Below the pieces are notes generated by a model. The model saw only the letters and a program-made list of their open reading frames with translations. It had not been told where the DNA came from and did no database searches. A program made the translations under genes and the position numbers. From positions 544,001 through 608,000 of the forward strand of contig CBDCTZ010000015.1 of NCBI GenBank assembly GCA_965222375.1: a DNA stretch of 64,000 nt, written 5' to 3'. This document shows positions 21,022-29,530 of this stretch, in pieces. Source of the DNA: Polyangiaceae bacterium (GTDB lineage Bacteria; Myxococcota_A; Polyangia; Polyangiales; Polyangiaceae). Positions within the stretch are counted from its first letter, which is position 1. Every line of letters begins with the position of its first letter.

Positions 21022-21248
21022 CGTGAGCGCGCTACCCTTGGTCTCCAGACGGCAACGCCGTTTCACCCTCTGGCAGCGCGTGATCTCCGGCGGTCGTGAC
21101 GAGGGCGCCGTTCCACCATTCGAAGTCGCGGCCCATCGGATCCCCCGAAGGAAAGAACACCAGGTAGCTCATGGCATCGAAGGCGAGGAAGCTCGGTCGC
21201 CCGCCGATGCCGTGGCCGATCTGGTGCAGGGTGCGCCAGGTGCCGGTG
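20755..21248. repeat. Direct repeat, copy 2 of ~494 bp
   Basis: See copy 1. Confidence 0.95.
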
Positions 21249-22294
21249 TTGAAGTAGACGGCGGGTTTTCCGTCTAGGTTGCCCAGGGGCTGCATGTTGG
21301 CGAAGTGGGAGTGGCCGTTGACGACGTAGCGGAGCTTCTTGCCGCGGGATTCGAGCTGCTCGATGGCGCGGGCGGCCATGCGGCCGTCGAAGGAGTGCTG
21401 GAACAGCTTGTAGAGTTTGGTCAAGCGATGGTCATGGGTGTGGGCCATGAGCTTGCCAGTGGAGAGCTCGAGCAATAGCTTGAGCTTCTTGCCCGTATCG
21501 AGGCCGAGGAATTTGTGCTGCTGGCGCATCCATTGGCGGACGAAGTCGTTGTCGAGGAAGTCGCTCACGAGGTCTTGCCAAACTTTGCCGATGGGGCGCA
21601 GCAGCTCGCGCTGTCGAATGCCGATCTCGCGCACCCAGGCCGGCACGGCGTAGATGGGGCGCACGTCGTCGATGTCTTCGAGGGCGACCTCCCGGCGACC
21701 GATCAGCTCTTGCACGTCGCGGGGGAAGCGCACGATCAGTTCCGAAGCCAGCGCGTCTCCGACGGTCCCGGAGCCATCGGGGCTGTCGTTGATGGGATCG
21801 CCCAGGTGACCATGGTAAGCGAGCACACCGTGGTCCTCGAATATGAGCTCTGTCGGGAACTCGACGTCTTCGTCTCGGCCGGTCATCGCGCGCCACACCG
21901 CACGCCGAGCTTTGGGCGCGATGGCCAGCAGGCGATCGTGGTTGCCGAGGGCGTAGAAGATCTCGAGCTCTCCCGCCTCTACCCGCGAACGAATGGCATC
22001 GAAGAAGGGACGTTCTCGTTCGAGGATGGCGTCAGTGATGCCTTCGACGACGGAGACGGCGTCGCCGCTAAGGTCGTGATAAGGCCGGTGCGGTGTCGAG
22101 AGCCACGTGGGCGAGCGCACCAGATCGAAGAGGTCACCGACGAAGGCGAGCTTCGCGGGGCGTTTGCCACGAGCAGCTTGGATGCGGACCCAAAAGCGCT
22201 GGAATGCCTCGAGCTTCGATACCGACGAGCCGTGAAGAGCGTCCGTGAGGTGGATGTCGCTCACGAAAATCAGCATCGGTCGGTCGCCACCCAT
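21032..22294 (-). CDS. Calcineurin-like metallophosphoesterase
   Basis: SDIH, GDLFD, GNHD, HGH, GHSH, NTGTW. Confidence 0.85.
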   Translation of the reverse strand: MGGDRPMLIFVSDIHLTDALHGSSVSKLEAFQRFWVRIQAARGKRPAKLAFVGDLFDLVRSPTWLSTPHRPYHDLSGDAVSVVEGITDAILERERPFFDAIRSRVEAGELEIFYALGNHDRLLAIAPKARRAVWRAMTGRDEDVEFPTELIFEDHGVLAYHGHLGDPINDSPDGSGTVGDALASELIVRFPRDVQELIGRREVALEDIDDVRPIYAVPAWVREIGIRQRELLRPIGKVWQDLVSDFLDNDFVRQWMRQQHKFLGLDTGKKLKLLLELSTGKLMAHTHDHRLTKLYKLFQHSFDGRMAARAIEQLESRGKKLRYVVNGHSHFANMQPLGNLDGKPAVYFNTGTWRTLHQIGHGIGGRPSFLAFDAMSYLVFFPSGDPMGRDFEWWNGALVTTAGDHALPEGETALPSGDQG

Positions 22295-22329
22295 GCCGTC
22301 CAGTGTGTCACGACTTGCCGGGGGACGTC

Positions 22330-23190
22330 ATGAGCTCGTCGAGGGTTTGGCGCCTGCGGTTTTCGGCTGATGCGGCGAGGGCCGAGGAAATAGCCGACGT
22401 GCTCTTCGACGCCGGCGCCACCGGGGTCGATCTGACACCCAACGGGGATGAGCTCGAAGTCACGCTATTCGCGGAGCGCAAGAAGGAGGCCGTGGCGCTC
22501 CGGCGCACGATTGTCCGCCAGGATCCCCAGCTCGATGTTTCGCTGGCGCAGATTTCCAAGGACGAATGGCTAGCGCCCTGGCGAGACTCGCTGCAGCCCG
22601 AGCGGATCAGTCCAGGCTTCGTGGTGCAGCCCACTTGGCACGAGGCCCCTGCCCCGGCCGGAACCAAGGTCATCCGCGTTGAGCCGGATCTGGTGTTCGG
22701 AGTTGGCGCCCACCCTTCAACTCGGCTGGCGGCCGTCGCCGTGGAAGAGTGGTGCCGCAGCCACGCAGGCTGCCGCGTACTGGATGTGGGCACGGGGACC
22801 GGGGTGCTGGCACTGGTTGCGGTGCTCAGCGGCGCTGACCACGTGCTGGGCATCGACGTGGATCGCAAGGCGGTCCGCTCGGCGCGGAAGCACGCAAAGC
22901 TCAGCGGCGTGGCAGGGCGAGCTCGCTTTTCGGAGCGGCCGCTCGGTGGTGTGCGACAGCCATTCGACTTGGTGGTCGCCAACATCGAAAGCCCGATTCT
23001 GACCCGCCTGGCGCCAGATCTCGCTCGGGTGACGCGCCACACCCTCGTACTGACCGGGCTCCTGACCGAGCAGGCCGAAGAGTCGGAGCGCGCGCTGGAA
23101 GCCCACGGGCTATGCGCCTCGGAGCGGTCGGCACAGGACGATTGGGCGCGCCTCGTGATGCAACGCCCTGAAACCATTGGCGATATCTGA
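22330..23190 (+). CDS. prmA: Ribosomal protein L11 methyltransferase
   Basis: VQPTW, EPDLVFGVGAHPST, VLDVGTGTGVLA, FDLVVANI. Confidence 0.8.
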   Translation: MSSSRVWRLRFSADAARAEEIADVLFDAGATGVDLTPNGDELEVTLFAERKKEAVALRRTIVRQDPQLDVSLAQISKDEWLAPWRDSLQPERISPGFVVQPTWHEAPAPAGTKVIRVEPDLVFGVGAHPSTRLAAVAVEEWCRSHAGCRVLDVGTGTGVLALVAVLSGADHVLGIDVDRKAVRSARKHAKLSGVAGRARFSERPLGGVRQPFDLVVANIESPILTRLAPDLARVTRHTLVLTGLLTEQAEESERALEAHGLCASERSAQDDWARLVMQRPETIGDI

Positions 23191-23263
23191 CAGCTCGGCC
23201 TGGCCAACGCTATGGACGGAGCTGCCCATTCGGGCTAGGAAGGGCCTCGCCGAGATCCGCAGC

Positions 23264-26200
23264 ATGAGCGAAGACGTCGACAGCAAAGCATCGACCGACG
23301 CTGAGGCCGAGACTCCGGACGGGGACGGCGAAGACAGCGCGAATGAGGCTGCGCGCGCGGAAAGCGCGGACGACTCAGGCAGCGTGGACGACGCCGGAAG
23401 TGCCGAGGCCGACGGAGCGGACGGTTCCGATGGTGACGAAGGCGCCAAGGGCGAGGCCTCCGATGTTGCAGAGAAGGCCACCGACGCCAAAAGCGTGGGC
23501 GGAACCGGCGTGGCGCGAGTCGTCCACCGCGCCGCTTCACCCCCAGGGTCCAAGGACGAGGACGAGAAGAAGAAGCCCAAACGACCGCTTCATCCCGTGC
23601 GCGGTGGATTGATCGCAGTCGTGGGCGCCGCCCTGCCGTTCATCCTGATGACGGCGGACCGGCACTTCAACTTCAGCGTGCCCGTAGGGCTGCTGGGTCT
23701 CGCCATCGCGGCCATCGGCATCTTCGATCTGTTGGGCACCTTCGATGCGAGCGAGGACCAGCCTGTGGCCGGGAAGGTGAATCTTCGACTCCTGGGTTCA
23801 CGTGCGTTGGAGGCATTCGCCGCGGGTGCGGGTCTGTATCTCGGCCTCCGCCTGGCAGTCGCAGGCACGCTGCCCCTCCCCAGGCTTGTCGCCGCCCTGA
23901 TCATCACCGCCACCTTCCTTGGGCTCGTGGTCAGCGTTTATCGCATGGCGGAAGCCATTGGCGCATACGGACCGGACCCGGATGGCTCCGCGAGACCCCT
24001 GCTGCGGCGCCACGGCTTCTGGCTCGTGCTGTTCACGACGCTCTTGTACTTGCCCATGCTCGGCAGCTTCTCCCTGAGCGATCCCTGGGAGACCCACTAC
24101 GGCGAAGTGGCGCGCGAAATGCTGGCCCGGGATGACTGGATCAGCCTGTGGTGGGCGCAGGATGGCTGGTTCTGGTCCAAGCCCGTTCTGAACTTCTGGA
24201 TGCAGGGCGTTTCCTTCTCCGCCTTTGGCGTGGGCTACCAGCCCGACCAGATGTTGGCGGGTGCCGCCCACGGCCGCTTTCCGCAACCGGAGTGGGCCGC
24301 ACGCTTGCCGGTGTTCGCGTTGACCCTCGCCGGCGGCTACTTCTTGTACAAGGGGACCGCCAAGGTTTGGGGGCGGCGAGCGGGACTGCTGGGTGGGTTG
24401 GTGCTCGTGACCATGCCCTACTGGTTCTTGATCGGTCATCAGACGATGACCGACATGCCCTACGTCGGCCCGCTGACGGCGGCGATGGGCCTGTTCCTGT
24501 ACGGCGTGTTCACGGATCCCAAGGAGCAGGTCGGCGCCTACGAACTCAAGATCGCTGGGCGGGTGTTCCACGTGTCGGTGTTTCACCTGCTGTTCTTGGT
24601 GATCATCTTCCTGGCGCTGCCGCAGGTCCTGTACCTCGCGTCGCGCAACCTCACGCTGCAGCTGGAAGCGAGCCCCCATGGTTTCCGGCCCCACCTCGAT
24701 CAGTTCTTCAGCGGCTCCGGCGGAGGCAACTGCGGGCTGCCCGGAAACCAGGACTGCCGCAAGGTGTTGCCGGTCAACAAGGGGTTCCAACCCTGGCACG
24801 CAGCACTGCTGTGGAGCGCACTGGGCGGCATTCTGCTCTGGATCAATCGCGCGGAGCGCAGTCGCAAACACCTGGCGTACATCGCCGCTTGGGTATTCGT
24901 TGCGCTGGCTGCCCTGGGCAAGGGCGCACCGGGTCTGGTGCTGCCCGTGGCCGTCGCGGGAGCCTACATCGGAGCGTCGCGCCGTTGGAAGGAGTTGACC
25001 CGCGTGCAGGCTCTGAGCCTGGTCTTGCTCATCGCCGTCATCACCCTGCCTTGGTACGTGCAGATGTTCATGCGGCATGGCCAGCCCTTCACGGACCGGC
25101 TGCTATTCCATGACATGTACAAGCGGGCCTTCGTCCATGTGCACGACACCAACGTGGGCGACGACGTCAGCTTTCGCTACTACGTCTGGCAGTTGGGCTA
25201 CGGCCTGTTCCCCTGGACGGGTCTGTCTGTTGCCGGACTGGTGTGGTGGGCGCGGCGCAAGAACGACCCCGTAGACCCTCGCGGCGACGCCGGCACGTTC
25301 ATGCTCTTGTGGTTCGTGATGGCGTTTTCGATGTTCACGATCACGCTGACCAAGTTCCATCACTACATCTTCCCGGTCGTCCCGCCGACGGCCGTGATGG
25401 TGGGCGTTATCGTCGACAAGCTGCTGGACAAGGATGTCCTACCTCAGCGTCGGTACCAGGTTATCTACTACCTCGCCCTGACTCTTGGGGTCACGTTCCT
25501 GGTCTACGGCGTTTCTCGACTCATGCCGGGCTCCGTTCTGGGAACCCTCGTTGACGGCGAGCCACCCGCCCCTGTGAAGTGGATTGGCTACTTGTGCATC
25601 GGGCTGGGCGTGCTCTTCGGCGGAGGCGGCGCGCTGCTCTTCGGTCGACCGCGCTCGCCGGAGACCATCGAGCCTAGGGACCCAGTGCGCAGGTTCGACA
25701 ATGCCATGTTGGGGACCATCGGGCTGGCGTCCTCGGGCGTGGTGCTGCTCGCCGGGCGGGACATGTTCACTTCCCCAAAGGGCAATTTGGTCGGGCAGAT
25801 CCGTCTGATGCAGTTGTTCACGTACAACTACCGCCGACCTTGGCCCGCGGAGGCCGTGCACTTCGAAGCCGTGTTGGTGGCATTCACCGTCGCGGCGGTT
25901 CTGTTTTCCTTGCTCATCGCATGGCGTCGCTTTCGCACTCATGCCGCAGCGCTCTTGACCATTACGGCAGCGTTGTGGGCGGCATGGGGCGTCAACGTCT
26001 ATCTCATCAAGTGCGCGCCACATTGGGGGCAGCGCGAAACCGTGATGGCCTATTACAGGGACCGGCCCGGCCCCGAAGCGCCGCTGGTCGCCTACCAGAT
26101 GAACTGGAAGGGCGAGAACTTCTACGCCAGCAATCGCATTCCCGCCTTCGTTTCGAGCGGCCAGAAGTTCAAGGATTGGATCAAGCGCGAGAAGGACAAA

Positions 26201-26341
26201 GGCGTGAAGACGATGTACTTCACCACCGAGCACGGGCGCAAAGGTGCGCTGATGGGAGAGCTCGGCAGCCCCAAGGACTTCGAGATCATTACGACCAAGG
26301 CACTGAACAACAAGTTCATGCTCGTCCGGGTGCGTTTCTGA
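23264..26341 (+). CDS. GT-C fold glycosyltransferase (ArnT/PMT family), polytopic membrane protein
   Basis: DPWETHYGEVAREM, FWSKP, EWAARLP, TDMP, TKFHHYIFP; many TM helices. Confidence 0.85.
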   Translation: MSEDVDSKASTDAEAETPDGDGEDSANEAARAESADDSGSVDDAGSAEADGADGSDGDEGAKGEASDVAEKATDAKSVGGTGVARVVHRAASPPGSKDEDEKKKPKRPLHPVRGGLIAVVGAALPFILMTADRHFNFSVPVGLLGLAIAAIGIFDLLGTFDASEDQPVAGKVNLRLLGSRALEAFAAGAGLYLGLRLAVAGTLPLPRLVAALIITATFLGLVVSVYRMAEAIGAYGPDPDGSARPLLRRHGFWLVLFTTLLYLPMLGSFSLSDPWETHYGEVAREMLARDDWISLWWAQDGWFWSKPVLNFWMQGVSFSAFGVGYQPDQMLAGAAHGRFPQPEWAARLPVFALTLAGGYFLYKGTAKVWGRRAGLLGGLVLVTMPYWFLIGHQTMTDMPYVGPLTAAMGLFLYGVFTDPKEQVGAYELKIAGRVFHVSVFHLLFLVIIFLALPQVLYLASRNLTLQLEASPHGFRPHLDQFFSGSGGGNCGLPGNQDCRKVLPVNKGFQPWHAALLWSALGGILLWINRAERSRKHLAYIAAWVFVALAALGKGAPGLVLPVAVAGAYIGASRRWKELTRVQALSLVLLIAVITLPWYVQMFMRHGQPFTDRLLFHDMYKRAFVHVHDTNVGDDVSFRYYVWQLGYGLFPWTGLSVAGLVWWARRKNDPVDPRGDAGTFMLLWFVMAFSMFTITLTKFHHYIFPVVPPTAVMVGVIVDKLLDKDVLPQRRYQVIYYLALTLGVTFLVYGVSRLMPGSVLGTLVDGEPPAPVKWIGYLCIGLGVLFGGGGALLFGRPRSPETIEPRDPVRRFDNAMLGTIGLASSGVVLLAGRDMFTSPKGNLVGQIRLMQLFTYNYRRPWPAEAVHFEAVLVAFTVAAVLFSLLIAWRRFRTHAAALLTITAALWAAWGVNVYLIKCAPHWGQRETVMAYYRDRPGPEAPLVAYQMNWKGENFYASNRIPAFVSSGQKFKDWIKREKDKGVKTMYFTTEHGRKGALMGELGSPKDFEIITTKALNNKFMLVRVRF

Positions 26342-26344
26342 AGC

Positions 26345-27103
26345 ATGGCTGGGCGCACTTTTGCCATCGGTGACATTCACGGTGAAATCGATCACCTGAT
26401 GACGCTGATGTCTCGGCTGCCTCGGCTGGACTCGGAAGACACCTTGGTCTTCCTGGGGGACTACTTGGACCGGGGTCCCTTTTCCAAAGAGGTGGTGCGC
26501 TATCTGATGCGCCTGCCTCGCATGATGCGCGCCAAGGTCGTCACACTTCGCGGCAATCACGAAGACGCTTGGCTGCACGTGCGGGAGAAGCCCTGGCCGA
26601 CTTTCGTGCGCCCGCCCGGCCACGGATGCCTGGCTTGCTATCGCTCCTTCAAAGGCAAACTGCACCCCGCCAAAGACGAAATGGCGGCGCCGGACGAAGA
26701 AGAAGAATTCGAGAGCGGGAAGTTCTTTCCCCCGGACGTCGTCACTTGGCTGGAAAATCTTCCCTATTGGTACGAGGACGACCACGCTTTGTACGTGCAC
26801 GCGGGGCTGCCTAAGGCACCCGATGGCAGCTTTGCCCATCCGAGCAAGTTGCCCCACCCTCCGACTGCCGTGCTTTGGCTACGGGACGAGGACTTCTTCC
26901 GCAACTACCGGGGCAAGCGGATTGTATTCGGCCACACTCGCACGGAGTTCTTGCCGGAAGAGCTATCCGGCTACACGCCGGACGATCCGAAGGACCTTTG
27001 GTCCTACGAGAACGTGCTGGGCATCGACACCGCCTGCGGCAACGGTGGCTTCCTGACCGCTGTGCAATTGCCGGAGTTGCTCGTGTACGAATCCCGGGAT
27101 TGA
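26345..27103 (+). CDS. PPP-family Ser/Thr phosphatase (metallophosphoesterase)
   Basis: GDIHG, GDYLDRG, LRGNHE, VHAG, FGHT, IDT. Confidence 0.9.
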   Translation: MAGRTFAIGDIHGEIDHLMTLMSRLPRLDSEDTLVFLGDYLDRGPFSKEVVRYLMRLPRMMRAKVVTLRGNHEDAWLHVREKPWPTFVRPPGHGCLACYRSFKGKLHPAKDEMAAPDEEEEFESGKFFPPDVVTWLENLPYWYEDDHALYVHAGLPKAPDGSFAHPSKLPHPPTAVLWLRDEDFFRNYRGKRIVFGHTRTEFLPEELSGYTPDDPKDLWSYENVLGIDTACGNGGFLTAVQLPELLVYESRD

Positions 27104-27117
27104 GTTTTCGGGACGGG

Positions 27118-27180
27118 TTGGTTTTTGGGGGTCGCGGGGTTGGGGCGGCGTTGGGCCGCTACTCTCGTTTTGGGCCGCTT
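27118..27180 (+). repeat. Dispersed REP-like element, copy E1
   Basis: 27153-27178 matches the reverse complement of 31629-31654 at 25/26 positions; TTTTGGGGGTCG end. Confidence 0.7.
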
Positions 27181-27182
27181 GT

Positions 27183-27215
27183 TGCGACTTATATGCAGTA
27201 TGCATATAAGTCGCA
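27183..27215. repeat. Perfect 15-bp inverted repeat TGCGACTTATATGCA-GTA-TGCATATAAGTCGCA
   Basis: Read directly; AT-rich core in a GC-rich genome. Confidence 0.95.
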
Positions 27216-27218
27216 GAT

Positions 27219-27410
27219 GTTGACGTTGGACGTTGGACGTTGGACGTTGACGTTGGACGTTGACGTTGGACGTTGGACGTTGACGTTGGACGTTGACGTT
27301 GGACGTTGACGTTGGACGTTGACGTTGACGTTGGACGTTGACGTTGGACGTTGGACGTTGACGTTGGACGTTGACGTTGGACGTTGACGTTGACGTTGGA
27401 CGTTGACGTT
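27219..27410 (+). repeat. Irregular tandem array of 14 GTTGAC and 15 GTTGGAC units
   Basis: Order ABBBABABBABABABAABABBABABAABA plus a final GTT; 192 bp with no other variant units. Confidence 0.95.
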
Positions 27411-27528
27411 TCTCGCGGGGTGGCTGTGGAGCGGGGTTGCGGCGGATGTTTGCAACCCCGTGCCAGCTTTCGCTGTCACTGGGGGTTGCATGCGCAGTGC
27501 ACGAGCCAACGTGGAGCGGCTCAGTGGG

Positions 27529-27565
27529 TTCGAAAGCTCCTTTTTGGGTGAAAGGAGCTTTCGAA
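27529..27565 (+). promoter_or_regulatory. 15-bp perfect hairpin sequestering the AAGGAG RBS of the four-helix-bundle gene
   Basis: TTCGAAAGCTCCTTT-ttgggtg-AAAGGAGCTTTCGAA; the last A is the A of ATG. Confidence 0.8.
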
Positions 27566-27930
27566 TGACGAACACGGATAAGACAACAACACCCTCTCTA
27601 CTTCCGCATCATCGGCTGCGCGCTTATCGCGTTGCGGTGGAGTTTCTTGGGGCGGTCAAGGCTGCGAAGATCCGGGACCGGGCTGACCGCGATCAGGCTT
27701 TGCGGTCGGCCAAGGGGGCGTGTCGGAACATCGCTGAAGCTACGGGGCGTGTGTCGCGGGCTGATCAGGCCCGCGTTTTCGGCATTGCGCGCGGCGAAGT
27801 GGTCGAGGCTATCGCGACTACCGAGATTGCCGTCGAAAGTGGCGATGCATCGCGGGATGCTTTGCCCCGCGTGCTCGATCGCGGCAATGCGCTGTACGCA
27901 ATGCTCACGGCGCTTTCGCGGCCACGCTGA
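27565..27930 (+). CDS. Four-helix-bundle protein (23S rRNA IVP / bAvd-like family)
   Basis: 121 aa: HHRLRAYRVAVEF..RDQALRSAKGACRNIAEATGR....ARVFGIARGEVVE. Matches the family pattern LxxYxxA..DQxxRAxxSxxxNIAEGxGR..FxxIARGSxxE. Strong RBS. Confidence 0.85.
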   Translation: MTNTDKTTTPSLLPHHRLRAYRVAVEFLGAVKAAKIRDRADRDQALRSAKGACRNIAEATGRVSRADQARVFGIARGEVVEAIATTEIAVESGDASRDALPRVLDRGNALYAMLTALSRPR

Positions 27931-28035
27931 GGGCAGCGGCCCGGCGCTTTGGCGTTTTTGAATATAGATTCTAAAACGCTGCGCAACGGATCGGCACTTC
28001 GAGGCGCGAGCTGGACGGTGATGTAGATTGCCGAC

Positions 28036-28956
28036 GTGAGTTCTCCTAGCGAAGGAAGAGCGGGGCTGGGATGGGCGCTGGCGGCCTACGGGATGTGGGG
28101 GTTGTTCCCGATCTACTGGAAGCAGCTGGCGAGTGTTTCTGCGATGGAGGTGCTGGCGCATCGGATCGTGTGGTCCGTGGTGTTCACGGTTGGTGTGCTG
28201 CTGGTGCAGCGGAAGTTGCGGGATGTGTTTCGGGCTTTCTACGACCGCGCGTTGCTGAAGGCGCTGCTAGTCTCGACGGCGCTCATCGCGACGAATTGGG
28301 GGCTGTTCATCTGGGCGGTCAGCGTCGACCGCGTGACAGAAGCCAGCTTGGGCTACTACATCAACCCGCTGCTCAACGTGGTGCTTGCGCGGCTCGTGCT
28401 TGGGGAGCGGTTGCAAGGGTTGCAGACGGCGGCGGTCGTGCTGGCAGCGTGTGCCGTGCTGTATCTGACTATCGCGGGCGGCGAGCTGCCTTGGGTTTCT
28501 TTGGTGTTGGCGGTGACCTTCTCGTTGTACGGCCTCGTTCGCAAACGCGCGCCGGTGGGGCCGCTCGTCGGGCTCACCGTGGAGACGGGTCTGGCAGCTC
28601 CGGTGGCGCTCGTCTATTTGCTCATGCTCGACCCACCCTTCGCGAACCTGGCCGCGGCGGATATGTCCGTGCGGGGCTGGCTCGTGGGAGCCGGAATCGC
28701 GACCGCCTTGCCGCTGCTTGCCTTCGCCGCCGCAGCGCGCCGCTTGCGATACACGACTCTCGGCATGGTCCAGTACCTTGCGCCCAGCTTGCAATTGGCA
28801 TGCGCCGTCCTGCTCCATGGCGAGCCCTTTCGCCGTGAGCAGCTGATCACGTTTTCCCTGATCTGGATCGCAGTGGCTTTGTACATGCTGGAGGCGTTTC
28901 GGCATCGCGCTCGACAAGCAACCTCCCTGGCGGCTGGCACCGAAAGCGCAGACTGA
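28036..28956 (+). CDS. rarD: EamA/DMT transporter RarD
   Basis: YGMWGLFPIYW, LAHRIVWS, EASLGYYINPL, QYLAPSLQ. Confidence 0.9.
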   Translation: MSSPSEGRAGLGWALAAYGMWGLFPIYWKQLASVSAMEVLAHRIVWSVVFTVGVLLVQRKLRDVFRAFYDRALLKALLVSTALIATNWGLFIWAVSVDRVTEASLGYYINPLLNVVLARLVLGERLQGLQTAAVVLAACAVLYLTIAGGELPWVSLVLAVTFSLYGLVRKRAPVGPLVGLTVETGLAAPVALVYLLMLDPPFANLAAADMSVRGWLVGAGIATALPLLAFAAAARRLRYTTLGMVQYLAPSLQLACAVLLHGEPFRREQLITFSLIWIAVALYMLEAFRHRARQATSLAAGTESAD

Positions 28957-29012
28957 AACCGCTTGGCTCGGCGGCGAAGCGTGACGCTCGCCGGCCTGCG
29001 GTTGGTGCAGGG

Positions 29013-29530
29013 TCAGACGCACTGGGACGGATCGCCGCCGATCGCGCAGCATGCGCCTGAGCCGACGGGCGTACAGGTCAACCCGCTTGGACAGGTACCG
29101 CAGGACACGGTGCCGCCGCAGCCATTGGGCATGTCGCCGCAGTCTCGTCCGTCACAGGCCTGCCACTGGGGCAGCGGTGTGCAGCAGGTTCCCGCGTTGC
29201 AGACCTTGCCGCCGCTACAACTGCAGTCGGCGGGACAGTTGGCGCAGTCCTCACCACTCCCGCAAGTTCCGTTGCCGCAGGGACTCGTCGACACACATTT
29301 GTTGCTGGTGCAGGTTTGTCCCGTGCTGCAGCTGCCGCAGCTCCCGCCGCAGCCGTTCGAACCGCAATCCTTGTTGGTGCAGTTTGGCGTGCAGCAGGAA
29401 GAGCCGTAGCAAACCTTGCCACCGGTACAGGCGCAGTCCGTAGCGCAGCTAGCGCAGGTTTCAGATCCGTTGCAGCTGCCGTCGCCGCAAGACGTCGAAG
29501 AAACGCACTGGCCGCTCGAGTTGCAGCCCA
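29013..29530 (-). pseudogene. 5'-truncated Cys-rich repeat surface protein
   Basis: CGDGSCNGSETCASCATDC, CGSNGCGGSCGSC. Upstream of ~29530 the frame is antisense to the hydrolase and has no signal peptide. Confidence 0.6.

Noticed and set aside
17882..21248. DGR template/variable repeat pair
   Set aside because: Mismatches are not adenine-specific on either strand (many are C<->G and synonymous) and there is no RT in the window.
25439..26857. Long antisense ORFs (e.g. 25439..26857, 23798..25078, 17229..18590)
   Set aside because: Shadow ORFs typical of high-GC DNA, overlapping well-supported genes and lacking motifs.
27219..27410. CRISPR array
   Set aside because: The 6-7-bp units have no unique spacers and there are no cas genes.
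27451..27465. Sigma54 promoter TGGCACGGGGTTGCA on the minus strand, pointing into the array
   Set aside because: GG-GC spacing is 9 rather than 10, and the sequence is also explained as one arm of a local inverted repeat.
27189..27575. 128-aa ORF (NVNVQRPTSTS repeats) across the array
   Set aside because: It is open only because the repeat lacks stops on that strand; no family signal and it overlaps the real gene's RBS.
27100..28500. G/T-skewed composition as evidence of strand-specific mutagenesis
   Set aside because: Not quantified, and largely explained by the array and by hydrophobic codons in rarD.
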